Part shown: positions 54,440 through 64,000 of the stretch, in pieces
How the letters are laid out: the number at the start of each line of letters is the position of its first letter
How positions within the stretch are numbered: the first letter of the stretch is position 1
DNA from: an uncultured Gemmatimonadales bacterium
GTDB taxonomy: Bacteria; Gemmatimonadota; Gemmatimonadetes; Gemmatimonadales; GWC2-71-9
Length of the DNA stretch: 64,000 nt
Direction of reading: 5' to 3'
Assembly: GCA_963795085.1 (NCBI GenBank)
Contig: CAWCFX010000004.1
Span: 96,001-160,000, forward strand
Notes under the pieces: generated by a model
Database searches by the model: none
Told to the model about the DNA's origin: nothing
The model's input: only the letters and a program-made list of their open reading frames with translations
Program-made: the position numbers and the translations under genes

Positions 54440-55801
54440 ATGCCCAGCCGCAATACTACCTGCATCATCCTCGCCACCTTCGTCGCGATTTCAACTCCGG
54501 CTGTGGGACAGGAGAACGACGGGACCGTCGCATTCGTCCACGTGAACGTAATTCCCATGGACCGGGACCGGGTGATCGCGGATCAGACGGTGCTGGTGCG
54601 GGGCGGACGCATCCTGCAGATGGGCCCTGCGGGATCCCTCACCGTGCCCAGCCAGGCGAACCGCATCGAAGCACGGGGAAAGTATCTCATACCCGGGCTC
54701 GCCGAGATGCACGGGCACATACCGGGCGGCAACGCGCCGCCGGAAGTCATGGACCGGGTACTGACGCTGTACGTTCTGAACGGGATTACGACGGTCCGCG
54801 GGATGCTGGGGCAGCCGGTGCATCTGGACCTGCGCGCCCGGGCTGCCCGCAACGAGGTTCTGGCTCCTACCATCTACACCAGCGGGCCGTCGTTCAACGG
54901 AAACTCGGTGGGATCGCCCGCGGCGGCTCGCCAGATGGTTCTGGATCAGAAAGCCGCCGGCTATGACCTGCTAAAGATTCACCCCGGCGTTCCGCGGGAA
55001 GCCTTCGACACCCTGGCGGCCACCGCCCAGCGGGTGGGAATTTCCTTTGCGGGACATGTCCCCCTTGCGGTCGGCATCGAACGCGCTCTCGAGGCGCGCT
55101 TCGCCAGCATTGACCACCTCGATGGGTATGTGGAATACCTGGTGGCACCCGGAGCGCCGGTGGGCGCTTCGCAGTCCCAGTTCTTCGGAATCAACCTGGC
55201 CGATCACCTTGACCTAACACGGCTGCCGATCATCGTCGCCCGCACGGTTGACGCCCGGGTGTGGAACGTCCCCACCCAGGTGCTCATGGACAACCTGGCC
55301 GGGCCCGAGTCCGCGGAAGGCCTGGCCGCCCGCCCGGAAATGCAGTACTGGTACCCCAATCAGATCGAACAATGGAAGAACACCAAGCGGGAGTTCGACC
55401 AGCAGCCAGCGGGGAGCCGACTCCTCTGGCTCTCCACGCGCCGCCAGCTGATCAAGGATCTTCAGGACGCTGGAGCCGGCCTGCTCCTCGGCTCGGATGC
55501 GCCGCAGATGTGGAACGTGCCTGGTTTTTCAACCCACCGGGAGCTGGAATCCCTGGTCGCCGCCGGACTGACGCCCTACCAGGCGTTGCGAACCGGCACC
55601 GTGAACGTGGCGAACTATTTCGGAACTTCGAACGGCTCAGGAACCATCGAGGCAGGGAAAGTGGCCGACCTGGTCCTGCTTGAGGCCAACCCGCTGGCGG
55701 ACATCACCAGCACCCAGCAGATCGCCGGGGTGATGCTTCGGGGGCGGTGGATTCCGGCGAGCGAGATCGCCAGCCGCCTGGGCGCTTACCGCGCCAACTG
55801 A
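54440..55801 (+). CDS. Secreted amidohydrolase-family protein
   Basis: SD AAGGAG; signal peptide; PGLAEMHGH, GITTVR, LKIH, GH, IDH, GSDA, GKVADLVLL..NPL. Confidence 0.88.
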   Translation: MPSRNTTCIILATFVAISTPAVGQENDGTVAFVHVNVIPMDRDRVIADQTVLVRGGRILQMGPAGSLTVPSQANRIEARGKYLIPGLAEMHGHIPGGNAPPEVMDRVLTLYVLNGITTVRGMLGQPVHLDLRARAARNEVLAPTIYTSGPSFNGNSVGSPAAARQMVLDQKAAGYDLLKIHPGVPREAFDTLAATAQRVGISFAGHVPLAVGIERALEARFASIDHLDGYVEYLVAPGAPVGASQSQFFGINLADHLDLTRLPIIVARTVDARVWNVPTQVLMDNLAGPESAEGLAARPEMQYWYPNQIEQWKNTKREFDQQPAGSRLLWLSTRRQLIKDLQDAGAGLLLGSDAPQMWNVPGFSTHRELESLVAAGLTPYQALRTGTVNVANYFGTSNGSGTIEAGKVADLVLLEANPLADITSTQQIAGVMLRGRWIPASEIASRLGAYRAN

Positions 55802-57351
55802 TCGGGCCCGGGGACGGGCACCGGGAACGAGCCGGTCGGGGTCGCCGTGGCGACACGTTCCATGTCGGCGACGATGGTGCGGGTGGCACCCAGGATGACG
55901 AGCCCCCCGGCTATCGCAACCACGGGCAACAGGAGAATGGCCCGGTCGAGTCCGAAGATATCGGACAGGGTTCCGATCAGGGGCAGCGCGATCGCATCGC
56001 CCGCGAGGTGGATAAAAAGGAGGTAGGCCCCGATTACGGTGGCGCTGATGCGGGGCGGCACCACATCGAAGGTGACGGCAGCGATAGGACCGTTGTACCA
56101 GGAAAGGCAGAAAAAGGTGGCGCAGGCAACCGGGATGAACAGGTCCAGGTCGCGAATGGTCAGCAGCCAGATCGCCAGGGGGCCGCCCAGCAGGAATCCC
56201 AACGCCACCGTCAGTACCCGCCCAGACCTGGTATATCGCCGGAGCCAGTCCGCCAGCAGCCCGCCGAAGAGGGTCCCCGTGGTGCCGAAGATGAACCCCC
56301 ACTTGCCCAGGATCCGCGCCGCCTCGCCGGGCGACAGATTGAGCTCCCGGGCCAGGAAGGTCGGTCCCCAGCCGACGATACCGTTGACGCCGAAGGAAAT
56401 GAGCGCGCCGCCCAGGAAAATGTAGACAAGCGTCGGCGTCCGCAGCACGGTCTTGACCGCCCGCATGATATCCCCGAAGGCTCCCGCGATCCCGCCCCCG
56501 AAGGGTGTGTCGGCCAGGTGGTCCGCCCGGACGCGGTGGACCCAGCGGTGAATGTTGAGGGCGAGGCCCAGGGCCACGAAGACGCTGAACGTCGCGATAT
56601 CGATCTTGGAGTCGGCGCCGTAGAACTGGTCCAGTACCAGCGCGAAGGCGCCTCCGAGGGCGACCGCGACCAGCAGGGGCAGGAAGTAGCGAACCACCGA
56701 GATTACTCCCATCTCGATGTCCCGGAGATATTTCCGGATGGATAGCTTGCCCGGCACCCGGACCGGGTCCACCAGCCGGGCGACCAGCACCGCGCAGAGA
56801 AACCCGGGGACGCCGACCGCCATGAACGCGACGCGCCACCCGTAGGCCGCCTCCAGCTTGCCGCCGAGATAGATCCCCAGCACCCCTCCCAGCGAAACGC
56901 CGGATGCCAGCACCCCCATTGCGACGGCCCGCCCCTTCCCCGGGAAATAATCCGCCACCAGCGAGGAGGCCGCCGGGCCGTACGCGGCTTCGCCGATGCC
57001 TACCGCCGCCCGGCACACGAAGAGCTGGCCAAAGCTTCGCACCAGGCCGCTGAAGATCGTAAACGCGCTCCACACGGTGACACCGGCGGCGATCACGGCG
57101 CGCCGGGAGCGCAGGTCACTGATGACCCCAAAGGGCAGCGCCGCCACCGAGAAGACCAGGATGTACGCCGAGCCCAGCCATCCCAGCTGGGCATCGCTCA
57201 GCGCCAGCTCCTGCTTGATGGGCTCGAAGAGCGCGAAGATGACGTTGCGATCGAGGTAATTCAGCAGGTTGATGAATGCGAGCAGGCCGAGCGCATAGAG
57301 GCTGTACGCCCGGCTGGTCCCCGGCGGTCCCGCGGCGGGATCAGCGTCCAC
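55786..57351 (-). CDS. MFS transporter (spinster-like) with extra central helices
   Basis: [29 protein letters not shown]; start placed at a GTG overlapping the upstream gene's end. Confidence 0.85.
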   Translation of the reverse strand: MDADPAAGPPGTSRAYSLYALGLLAFINLLNYLDRNVIFALFEPIKQELALSDAQLGWLGSAYILVFSVAALPFGVISDLRSRRAVIAAGVTVWSAFTIFSGLVRSFGQLFVCRAAVGIGEAAYGPAASSLVADYFPGKGRAVAMGVLASGVSLGGVLGIYLGGKLEAAYGWRVAFMAVGVPGFLCAVLVARLVDPVRVPGKLSIRKYLRDIEMGVISVVRYFLPLLVAVALGGAFALVLDQFYGADSKIDIATFSVFVALGLALNIHRWVHRVRADHLADTPFGGGIAGAFGDIMRAVKTVLRTPTLVYIFLGGALISFGVNGIVGWGPTFLARELNLSPGEAARILGKWGFIFGTTGTLFGGLLADWLRRYTRSGRVLTVALGFLLGGPLAIWLLTIRDLDLFIPVACATFFCLSWYNGPIAAVTFDVVPPRISATVIGAYLLFIHLAGDAIALPLIGTLSDIFGLDRAILLLPVVAIAGGLVILGATRTIVADMERVATATPTGSFPVPVPGPDQLAR

Positions 57352-58492
57352 CGGCGTCCGCGGTGGTCTCCGCCTCTTCCGCCCGGGCGTCCCGGAACGC
57401 CAGGGCACGGTGATACTCCTGGAGGAGTCGTTCCATCATCGCGTCACGCCGCTCGAAGAGCCGCTTGAGGGGGCGGGCCGGGTGCCGGTTCCGCGCATAG
57501 GCGGTCAGCAGCGGCAGGGTGAGCGTGGAATCGCCGTAGCACACCACCGTGCTGGGCAGCATGCTGGGGTCGATCTTGCCCCAGCTTACCGCCTCGGCCG
57601 GCGTTGCGCCGGATAGCCCCCCGGTGTCGGGCCGGGCATCCGTCAGCTGGAGAAAGAAATCGTGGCCCTTTTCGTCGATACCCAGTACTTCCTGGATCTG
57701 CGGCTCGGTCTGGAGCATGAAGTTCTTGGGGCTGCCGCCGCCGACGATCAGGCACCCGCTCTTCCCGCCGCTCCGCTTGGCCTCCAGCACGATGCTGGCG
57801 GTTTCGTTGACATCGGCACTGACATCGTAGCGAAGCTTGCTCCCGGCCAGGGCCTGCTCGGCCACATTCATGCCGATCGAGCTGTCGCCCGGGGAACTGG
57901 TGTAGATCGGTACCGCCAGCTGGTGCGCCACCGCCAGCACCGACCTGCGGTTCAACCCCAGCGCGTGCTCCCGCTCGGCGATGTAGCCCCCCAGCAGGTA
58001 GTGATACTCCGCGGTGCTCATGGGGCGCTGGAACTCCTCGCGCGCCGATACCTGGCGAATGAATGCATCGGTGGAGAGAAGAACCGAGTAGTCGAAGAAA
58101 ATATCGTAAATCCGTACGACGCCCTTCTCCCTCAGTTCCACGTCGTCCGCGTGGGGCGAGCCCTGGTGCATCGCCAGGCCGAGGCCGAAATGGGCATCGT
58201 GGTAGAGGTTGGCGCCGGTGGAGATGATCCAGTCAACGAACCCCGACTCCATGAGCGGAATGATGGTGCTCATGCCGAGGCCCGCCGGGGTCATGGCGCC
58301 GGTAAGGCTCATTCCCACGGTAACGTCGGGCTCCAGCATCCGCTGGATGAACAAGTGGCAGGCCTCGCGCAGCCGGCCGGCGTTATAGGCCAGGAAGGCG
58401 TTGTCCACCAGGTCGGCCACGGTTTCCTGGCCGGTGATCGCGGCCGGGTCGATCCGGCGGCCACGGAGAAGGTCGGAGGAAGGTCGGGTCAT
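57341..58492 (-). CDS. Deoxyhypusine-synthase-like protein (homospermidine synthesis, SpeY-like)
   Basis: [52 protein letters not shown]. Confidence 0.88.
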   Translation of the reverse strand: MTRPSSDLLRGRRIDPAAITGQETVADLVDNAFLAYNAGRLREACHLFIQRMLEPDVTVGMSLTGAMTPAGLGMSTIIPLMESGFVDWIISTGANLYHDAHFGLGLAMHQGSPHADDVELREKGVVRIYDIFFDYSVLLSTDAFIRQVSAREEFQRPMSTAEYHYLLGGYIAEREHALGLNRRSVLAVAHQLAVPIYTSSPGDSSIGMNVAEQALAGSKLRYDVSADVNETASIVLEAKRSGGKSGCLIVGGGSPKNFMLQTEPQIQEVLGIDEKGHDFFLQLTDARPDTGGLSGATPAEAVSWGKIDPSMLPSTVVCYGDSTLTLPLLTAYARNRHPARPLKRLFERRDAMMERLLQEYHRALAFRDARAEEAETTADAGGR

Positions 58493-58521
58493 GAGTCTCT
58501 GCCTGTTTCGGGAGCCGCCGC

Positions 58522-59247
58522 TCAGTCCGCGGCCGCGCGGGCCTTCAGGATGATCCGGACCACCTCGTCCGGATCATCGGTCACCTGGAACAGCGCCATG
58601 TCCTTGTTGTCGATCTTGCCCTCGCGCGCCACCGTGTCCTCGAGCCAGCCGATCAGGCCGCGCCAGTAGGCGCGGCCGAACAGCACCACCGGAAAGTGCT
58701 TGATCTTTCCGGTCTGAATCAGGGTCAGCGACTCGAACAACTCGTCCATGGTTCCGTAGCCGCCGGGGAAGACCACGAACGCCATCGAGTATTTCACAAA
58801 CATGGTCTTGCGCACGAAGAAATACTTGAAATCGATGCTGCGGCGGACGTAACGGTTGGTTCCCTGCTCGAATGGCAATTCGATATTGCATCCGATGGAA
58901 AGCCCGCCGCCTTCGACGGCTCCCCGGTTGGCCGCCTCCATGATCCCGGGCCCGCCTCCGGTGATAATGGGAATGTTCTCCTGGGCCAGCAGCCGGGCCG
59001 TCTCCACCGCGGCGGCATAGTGGGGATCGTTGACCGGTGTCCGCGCGGATCCGAAGATGGCCACGCCGTCGAAGATGTCGCCGAGGGAGTCGAACCCTTC
59101 GACGAACTCGCCCATGATCCGGAAGACCCGCCAGGGGTCGGTCTTGCGCAGCGCATCCGGGCGCTCGACCGGCGTGGCGCTCTCGAGAAGAACCTCGTCC
59201 TCGGTCGGCCGCTTCTGGTCCCCGCTGCGACGCGGTGTGTCGTTCAT
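58522..59247 (-). CDS. LOG-family (TIGR00730-type) nucleotide phosphoribohydrolase
   Basis: [37 protein letters not shown]. Confidence 0.9.
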   Translation of the reverse strand: MNDTPRRSGDQKRPTEDEVLLESATPVERPDALRKTDPWRVFRIMGEFVEGFDSLGDIFDGVAIFGSARTPVNDPHYAAAVETARLLAQENIPIITGGGPGIMEAANRGAVEGGGLSIGCNIELPFEQGTNRYVRRSIDFKYFFVRKTMFVKYSMAFVVFPGGYGTMDELFESLTLIQTGKIKHFPVVLFGRAYWRGLIGWLEDTVAREGKIDNKDMALFQVTDDPDEVVRIILKARAAAD

Positions 59248-59315
59248 GGCGTGACCGGTGAAAGGAAGAAGCGAGGGAACATGCGTCAGGGCAGGAATAT
59301 AGGTATTCTTGGCCC

Positions 59316-59576
59316 ATGTCCAACTCATGGGCAGGACTCACCCTCCGGCTGCTGGTCCGGGCCATGGTCCGTCCCCGGCTGGCACTGGACCTCCTGCGCA
59401 CGGCCTGGGTCTTCCGCCGCCGCGGGTGGTGGTCACGCTTCCCTTTTCTTCCCTTGCCCGACCCGACCTATCTCCACTGGCGCATGTACACCGCCTATGG
59501 CGACGGCGATGCCGTCCCCCCGGCGGAGGACGTGGTCCGGTTCGCCCGGTGGCGGCGGGAAGTCATGCATCTCTGA
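59316..59576 (+). CDS. Small hypothetical protein
   Basis: Trp/Arg-rich, PFLPLPD..YL.WR..TAYG; TATTCT 6 nt before the ATG. Confidence 0.6.
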   Translation: MSNSWAGLTLRLLVRAMVRPRLALDLLRTAWVFRRRGWWSRFPFLPLPDPTYLHWRMYTAYGDGDAVPPAEDVVRFARWRREVMHL

Positions 59577-59603
59577 GGCAAGGGCCTCCGTTAGTTTCCA
59601 TCC

Positions 59604-60899
59604 ATGCCTCGCCCCACCTCACCTGCTTCCCTGCCGCGCGTGCTCATCATCGGCGGCGGATTTGCCGGGCTCTATGCCGCCAAACGGCTTCGCGGCGCGC
59701 CGGTCCAGGTCATGGTAGTGGACCGGCATAATCATCACAATTTCCAGCCGATGCTTTACCAGGTGGCTACCGCCGCCCTTTCTCCCAGCGATATCGCTTC
59801 TCCTATCCGGTCGATTCTCCGCCATAACAGAAGAGCTGAAGTCGTGATGGGAGAAGTGGTTAAGATCGACCAAGCCGGCAAGAGCGTTAACCTCGCTGAC
59901 CATAGTGTTTTGACGTACGACTACTTGATCGTCGCTGTGGGCGCCCGCCACTCTTACTTCGGACATCCGGATTGGGAGCAGAACGCGCCGGGACTCAAGG
60001 AGATCGAGGACGCGCTCAAGATCAAGCAGCGAATCCTGCTGGCGTTCGAACGGGCTGAGCGAGAGCCCGATCCGGTCAAGCGGCAGGCCCATCTGACCTT
60101 CGTGGTCGTCGGGGGCGGGCCTACGGGGGTGGAGGTCGCCGGCGCTTTGGCCGAGATCCGGCGCTACGCCCTGCGGCGTGACTTCCGGCGGATTGATCCC
60201 CGCGATGCCACGGTGCTGCTTCTGGAAGGCGGACCCCGGATTCTTCCCTCCTACCCGGCCGGCCTGTCAGGAAAGGCTAAAGAGACGCTGCGTAGCCTGG
60301 GCGTGGACGTCCGGGAAGAGACTATGGTGACTGGTATCGACCGGGACGGGGTCGATGCGGCCGGCTGGCGAATTCCTACCCGAACCGTGGTATGGGCCGC
60401 CGGCAATGAAGCTGCGCCGGTCCTCCGGTCCCTGGGCGTTCCGCAGGACCGGCAAGGTCGGGTCCTGGTGACTGGGCAATGCACGGTTCCCGGCGATGCC
60501 CGCGTCTTCGTCCTGGGCGACGCCGCCCATTTCGAGCAGGACGGAGCGGTGCTGCCCGGGATTTCCCCGGTGGCCATCCAGCAGGGACATTATGCCGCTG
60601 ACATGATCGCGTTCGACCTGGCCGGGAAACCCCGGGTTCCCTTCCGGTACCGCGACAAGGGCCAGCTCGCCGTCATCGGTCGTGGCCGCGCCGTCGCGGA
60701 CATCCGGAACCTCGAGTTCGGCGGGTTCACGGCGTGGCTCCTCTGGATTTTTGTGCACATCTTCTACTTGATCGGATTTCGTAATCGGCTGGTAGTCCTG
60801 ATCGAATGGGCCTGGTCTTACTTCACGTACCAGCGAGGTGCGCGGGTCATTACCGGCAGGGGCCCCGGGAACCTCTCCTCGACAGGCGAACTGACGTGA
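59604..60899 (+). CDS. ndh: Type II NADH:quinone oxidoreductase
   Basis: IGGGFAG, FQPMLYQVATA, GGGPTGVE.AG, WAAG, GD, A.QQG, Y.DKG.LA.IGR, HI.YLIGFRNR. Confidence 0.9.
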   Translation: MPRPTSPASLPRVLIIGGGFAGLYAAKRLRGAPVQVMVVDRHNHHNFQPMLYQVATAALSPSDIASPIRSILRHNRRAEVVMGEVVKIDQAGKSVNLADHSVLTYDYLIVAVGARHSYFGHPDWEQNAPGLKEIEDALKIKQRILLAFERAEREPDPVKRQAHLTFVVVGGGPTGVEVAGALAEIRRYALRRDFRRIDPRDATVLLLEGGPRILPSYPAGLSGKAKETLRSLGVDVREETMVTGIDRDGVDAAGWRIPTRTVVWAAGNEAAPVLRSLGVPQDRQGRVLVTGQCTVPGDARVFVLGDAAHFEQDGAVLPGISPVAIQQGHYAADMIAFDLAGKPRVPFRYRDKGQLAVIGRGRAVADIRNLEFGGFTAWLLWIFVHIFYLIGFRNRLVVLIEWAWSYFTYQRGARVITGRGPGNLSSTGELT

Positions 60900-61828
60900 C
60901 GGCCTCCGCCGAGGAAACCAGGAACAAGGCACGGGAACTGGGCTTTCTCGCCTGCGGGATCACTGATCCCGCCCCGCTCCCCCACGCTGTAGAGCTGGAT
61001 CGGTGGCTGGAGGCAGGGCTGGGTGGCACCATGCGGTACCTGCACCGGCAGGCCGCCCGGCGGAAGGAGCCGCAGCGGATCGTCCCCGGCAGCCGGTCGA
61101 TCGTCGTGGTGCTGGACAACTACTTTCTGCCCGACGCGACCACCGCGGCGCCCCGGATCGCCAAGTACGCCCGGGGCACCGACTATCACCTGGACCTGGT
61201 GGAGCGGCTCCGCGCGCTCGCCACGTGGCTCGCCGGCCAGGGAGCGGCGATCGCCCGCCCCTACGCCGATGCCGGCCCGGTCCCGGAACGGGAACTGGCC
61301 CAGCGGGCCGGCCTCGGCTGGATTGGCAAGAACACCATGCTGATCCGACCGGGTGCCGGGTCCTTTTTTTTCATCGGCTCCATCTTCACCGACCTGGTGC
61401 TGCCGCCGGACCTGCCACTCCTGACCGATCACTGCGGCACCTGTACCCGATGCCTCGACGCCTGCCCCACGGGCGCCCTCGTGGCACCGCGGGTGCTGGA
61501 CGCTACCCGATGCATTTCCTATCTCACGATTGAGTACCGGAAAGATTTCAGCCCGGCAGAGGAAGCCAGTCTCAATGGATGGGCCTTTGGCTGTGACATC
61601 TGCAATGATGTCTGTCCCTGGAACATCCGTTTCGCGGAGCCGACCGGAAACCCTGCCTATGCCAGTCGCCCGGCGCCGGACACCGGGGACCCGGATTACT
61701 TTGACCGAATGAACGATGCCGAGTTCGGCCGCCGCTTCGCCGATACGCCCCTGTCCCGTCCCGGTCTGGCCGGAATGCGAAGGAACTGGCGCGCCGCCCA
61801 CCCCGCGGGCGCCAGGCGAGCCCCATGA
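60896..61828 (+). CDS. queG: Epoxyqueuosine reductase
   Basis: YARG.DYH, D.GPV.ER, AGLGWIGKN, CGTCTRCLDACPT, RCISYLTIE, FGCDICNDVCPWN. Confidence 0.92.
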   Translation: MTASAEETRNKARELGFLACGITDPAPLPHAVELDRWLEAGLGGTMRYLHRQAARRKEPQRIVPGSRSIVVVLDNYFLPDATTAAPRIAKYARGTDYHLDLVERLRALATWLAGQGAAIARPYADAGPVPERELAQRAGLGWIGKNTMLIRPGAGSFFFIGSIFTDLVLPPDLPLLTDHCGTCTRCLDACPTGALVAPRVLDATRCISYLTIEYRKDFSPAEEASLNGWAFGCDICNDVCPWNIRFAEPTGNPAYASRPAPDTGDPDYFDRMNDAEFGRRFADTPLSRPGLAGMRRNWRAAHPAGARRAP

Positions 61829-62193
61829 TCTCCAACCTGTACAGCGTCGCCGTCTTTGTTCGCGACATCGATCGCGCCATCGCCTTCTATGAGGACGGCC
61901 TGGGGCTGCCCCTGCTTCGGCGCGGGTCCTTTGGCGCCGAGTTCCTCGAGGGTACCACCCGCCTGGGCATCCATCCGGCGGTGCACCCCGACGCCCAGGC
62001 CCTGGTAGGCCGGCACACCGGCCTCACGTTCGAAGTGGAAGGGCTCCTGGAGTTCTGTGAGCGGTTGCATCAGCGGGGCGTGAAATTTCTGAACGAACCG
62101 ACCCAGCAGGCCTGGGGGATCATGGCGATGATCTCCGATCCGGACGGCAACGTCCTGGCGCTCTGGGAAAACCGGCTTCCAGAATCGGAGTAG
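61825..62193 (+). CDS. VOC/glyoxalase-family protein
   Basis: V.D..RA.AFY...LG, F.V, P..Q.WG, DPDGN. Confidence 0.85.
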   Translation: MISNLYSVAVFVRDIDRAIAFYEDGLGLPLLRRGSFGAEFLEGTTRLGIHPAVHPDAQALVGRHTGLTFEVEGLLEFCERLHQRGVKFLNEPTQQAWGIMAMISDPDGNVLALWENRLPESE

Positions 62194-63291
62194 CTACTTC
62201 CCGAGGAACTCCCCGATGGCGCCCATGCCTTCAATGTGGTCGCAGAAGATCTTCACCGTCGCCATGATGGGCACCGCCAGGAGGGCTCCCGGAATGCCCC
62301 AGAGCCAACCCCAGAACAACACCGACACGAATACCACCACCGGGTTGAGCGCGAGCCGGCTGCCAAGGATATAGGGGCTGACGAAGCTTTCCAGGTTGGT
62401 GAGCACGAAGTACGTGGCGGCCGGGAGAAGCGCCTGGGTGGTGCTTTCAAACGTGGCGAGGCCCGCGAGGCCCAGGATGCCGACCGCGACCAGTCCCCCG
62501 ATGTAGGGAATGAAGTTGAGGAGTCCACCGATGATGCCCCAGAGCAGCGGGTTGGGAAGCCCGATCAGCCAGACCGCCAGGCCGGTGAGGACGCCCAGGC
62601 CGACATTGATTGCCGTGGTTGCAGCCAGGTAGGTGGACACGCTGCGCTCGGTTTCCGTGGCAATCTCCATCGCCATCCGTTTGTCCTTGAACCGGGGCAG
62701 CACCTTGATGAGTTTGCCCAGGAAGACGTCCCCGCCGGCAAGCAGGAAAAACAGGAGCGTGAAGATCAGCGCGGATCCCACCAGTAAGGAACGGGTGTTC
62801 CCCAGAATGATGTCCTTGAGCCCCTCTTCCTTGATCTGGACCGTGGCGGCTGGCTTCTCCCCCGCGCCGGCCAGTTCTTCCATCCTGTCCGCGGTGCGGG
62901 AGACCTCGTCGACCGGCTTGCGAAGAATCCGCAGCTTGGATTCTGCGCGTCGGAGGCTGGACGGCGCCTTGGAGACCCATTCAGCCGCGGGCTTGGCCAG
63001 CCGGTAAATCGTCGCGCCCAGCCCGGCGATAAGCAGAACGATGATCAGCGCGGCGCTTACCCCGAATGGGATTCGGAGCTTTCGCCGCATCCAGCGCACG
63101 GCAGGGCTGAAGAGGAAATTGAGCAGAATCGCGATGATTACCGGCAGGATTACCTGCCGGGCGAAGTACAGGGTATAGAAAATCGCCAGCAGGAACAGGC
63201 CGGTCAGAAGCACGACCCGGGGATCGCGCTTCCTGGTCGTGGTCAATACCGGAGGGTTTGGCGTCCCGGACCCGCCCGCCGACTCGACCAT
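62194..63291 (-). CDS. AI-2E-family transporter
   Basis: Multi-TM; LNFIPYIG, LNPVVV, FWGWLWGIPGALLAVP. Confidence 0.9.
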   Translation of the reverse strand: MVESAGGSGTPNPPVLTTTRKRDPRVVLLTGLFLLAIFYTLYFARQVILPVIIAILLNFLFSPAVRWMRRKLRIPFGVSAALIIVLLIAGLGATIYRLAKPAAEWVSKAPSSLRRAESKLRILRKPVDEVSRTADRMEELAGAGEKPAATVQIKEEGLKDIILGNTRSLLVGSALIFTLLFFLLAGGDVFLGKLIKVLPRFKDKRMAMEIATETERSVSTYLAATTAINVGLGVLTGLAVWLIGLPNPLLWGIIGGLLNFIPYIGGLVAVGILGLAGLATFESTTQALLPAATYFVLTNLESFVSPYILGSRLALNPVVVFVSVLFWGWLWGIPGALLAVPIMATVKIFCDHIEGMGAIGEFLGK

Positions 63292-63458
63292 GCCGCATTC
63301 CTGTAGAGGGGAAAGCAGGATAACCCGGGGTCATGCGGGGGACCGTGCCTCGGGTCACAGTGAGCCGCATCACCGGGCGCCCTGTACCCGCTCCCCGGAA
63401 GCCCTTATGGTACTAGGCCGCAATGCCGGGATATCAATTTTGCGACTGGAGGCTCGCC

Positions 63459-64000
63459 GTGTTCGACCGGATCTGGCTGACGCTGGTATCACTGTGGGTG
63501 TGGCTGACCTTCGCGCTGGCCACCTTCGTCATGATGCCGGTCATGCTGGTCCTCTTGCTGCTTACCGCGTGGCGGGACCCCGGCCGGTACCTGGTGGGCC
63601 GCGCCTTTCGAGTGATCGGTGTTGTCACCTTCAAGTTCAATCCCCTCTGGACGCTCCGGATTTCCGGCATCACCCTCACGGACCCCCGGCGCCCCTACGT
63701 GGTCGTCTGCAACCACGAATCCTTTGCCGATATCCTGCTGCTCTGCAACCTCCCCTGGGAAATGAAGTGGATGTCCAAGGTCGAGATTCTCAGGATTCCC
63801 TACCTGGGCTGGATGATGCACCTGGCCCGCGACATTCCGGTTGACCGGGGATCCCGCGAGAGCACGGTCAAGGCCCTGGAGATGTCCCGCCAGACGCTTA
63901 GGAATCGGGTGTCCGTCATGATCTTCCCCGAAGGAACCCGCTCCACGTCGGACCAGCTGCTGCCATTCAAGGACGGCGCCTTCCGACTGGCGATCAAGAC
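63459..64000 (+). CDS. Lysophospholipid (1-acyl-sn-glycerol-3-phosphate) acyltransferase, 3' truncated; absent from the ORF track
   Basis: GGAGG then GTG; my translation gives an N-terminal TM, NHESFAD (HxxxxD), IPVDR, FPEGTRS, LPFKDGAF. Confidence 0.88.
   Translation, partial: MFDRIWLTLVSLWVWLTFALATFVMMPVMLVLLLLTAWRDPGRYLVGRAFRVIGVVTFKFNPLWTLRISGITLTDPRRPYVVVCNHESFADILLLCNLPWEMKWMSKVEILRIPYLGWMMHLARDIPVDRGSRESTVKALEMSRQTLRNRVSVMIFPEGTRSTSDQLLPFKDGAFRLAIK

Noticed and set aside
63239..63844. 201-aa + strand ORF from the track
   Set aside because: Wrong frame; the acyltransferase reading from GTG 63459 carries the HxxxxD and FPEGTRS motifs

Overview
High-GC bacterial chromosomal window, gene-dense, with no rRNA, tRNA, CRISPR array or transposase that I can recognise. 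A SusC/SusD pair in a high-GC background with many lipoproteins and amidohydrolases suggests Gemmatimonadota; this is inference only. Left to right: (1) SusC/SusD pair; (2) secreted hydrolase/APC permease operon including an amidohydrolase-S9 peptidase fusion; (3) GntR-linked cluster with a KamA-type 2,3-aminomutase, two class III aminotransferases, a P5C-dehydrogenase-like ALDH and a CatIJ/GctAB-type CoA-transferase, which together could form an undescribed lysine -> beta-lysine -> 3-aminoadipate -> 3-oxoadipate route; (4) IclR-led operon with a GcvT-like protein, two COG1233 flavoproteins and a frameshifted Rieske oxygenase; (5) sigma54 module with an atypical enhancer-binding protein, a TPR protein, three acidic lipoproteins and three -24/-12 promoter motifs; (6) EF-G paralog, ABC exporter, SDR, BFD-like ferredoxin, orphan histidine kinase and a PPC-repeat protein; (7) HcrCAB-like molybdoenzyme with Gln at the catalytic Glu position, and mazEF with a degenerate toxin; (8) leaderless RAPP-motif uORF ahead of a metal-uptake operon; (9) a ~260 nt candidate structured RNA; (10) housekeeping genes (DHS-like, LOG, ndh, queG, AI-2E, acyltransferase). 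All product calls come from reading motifs; no database searches were run.
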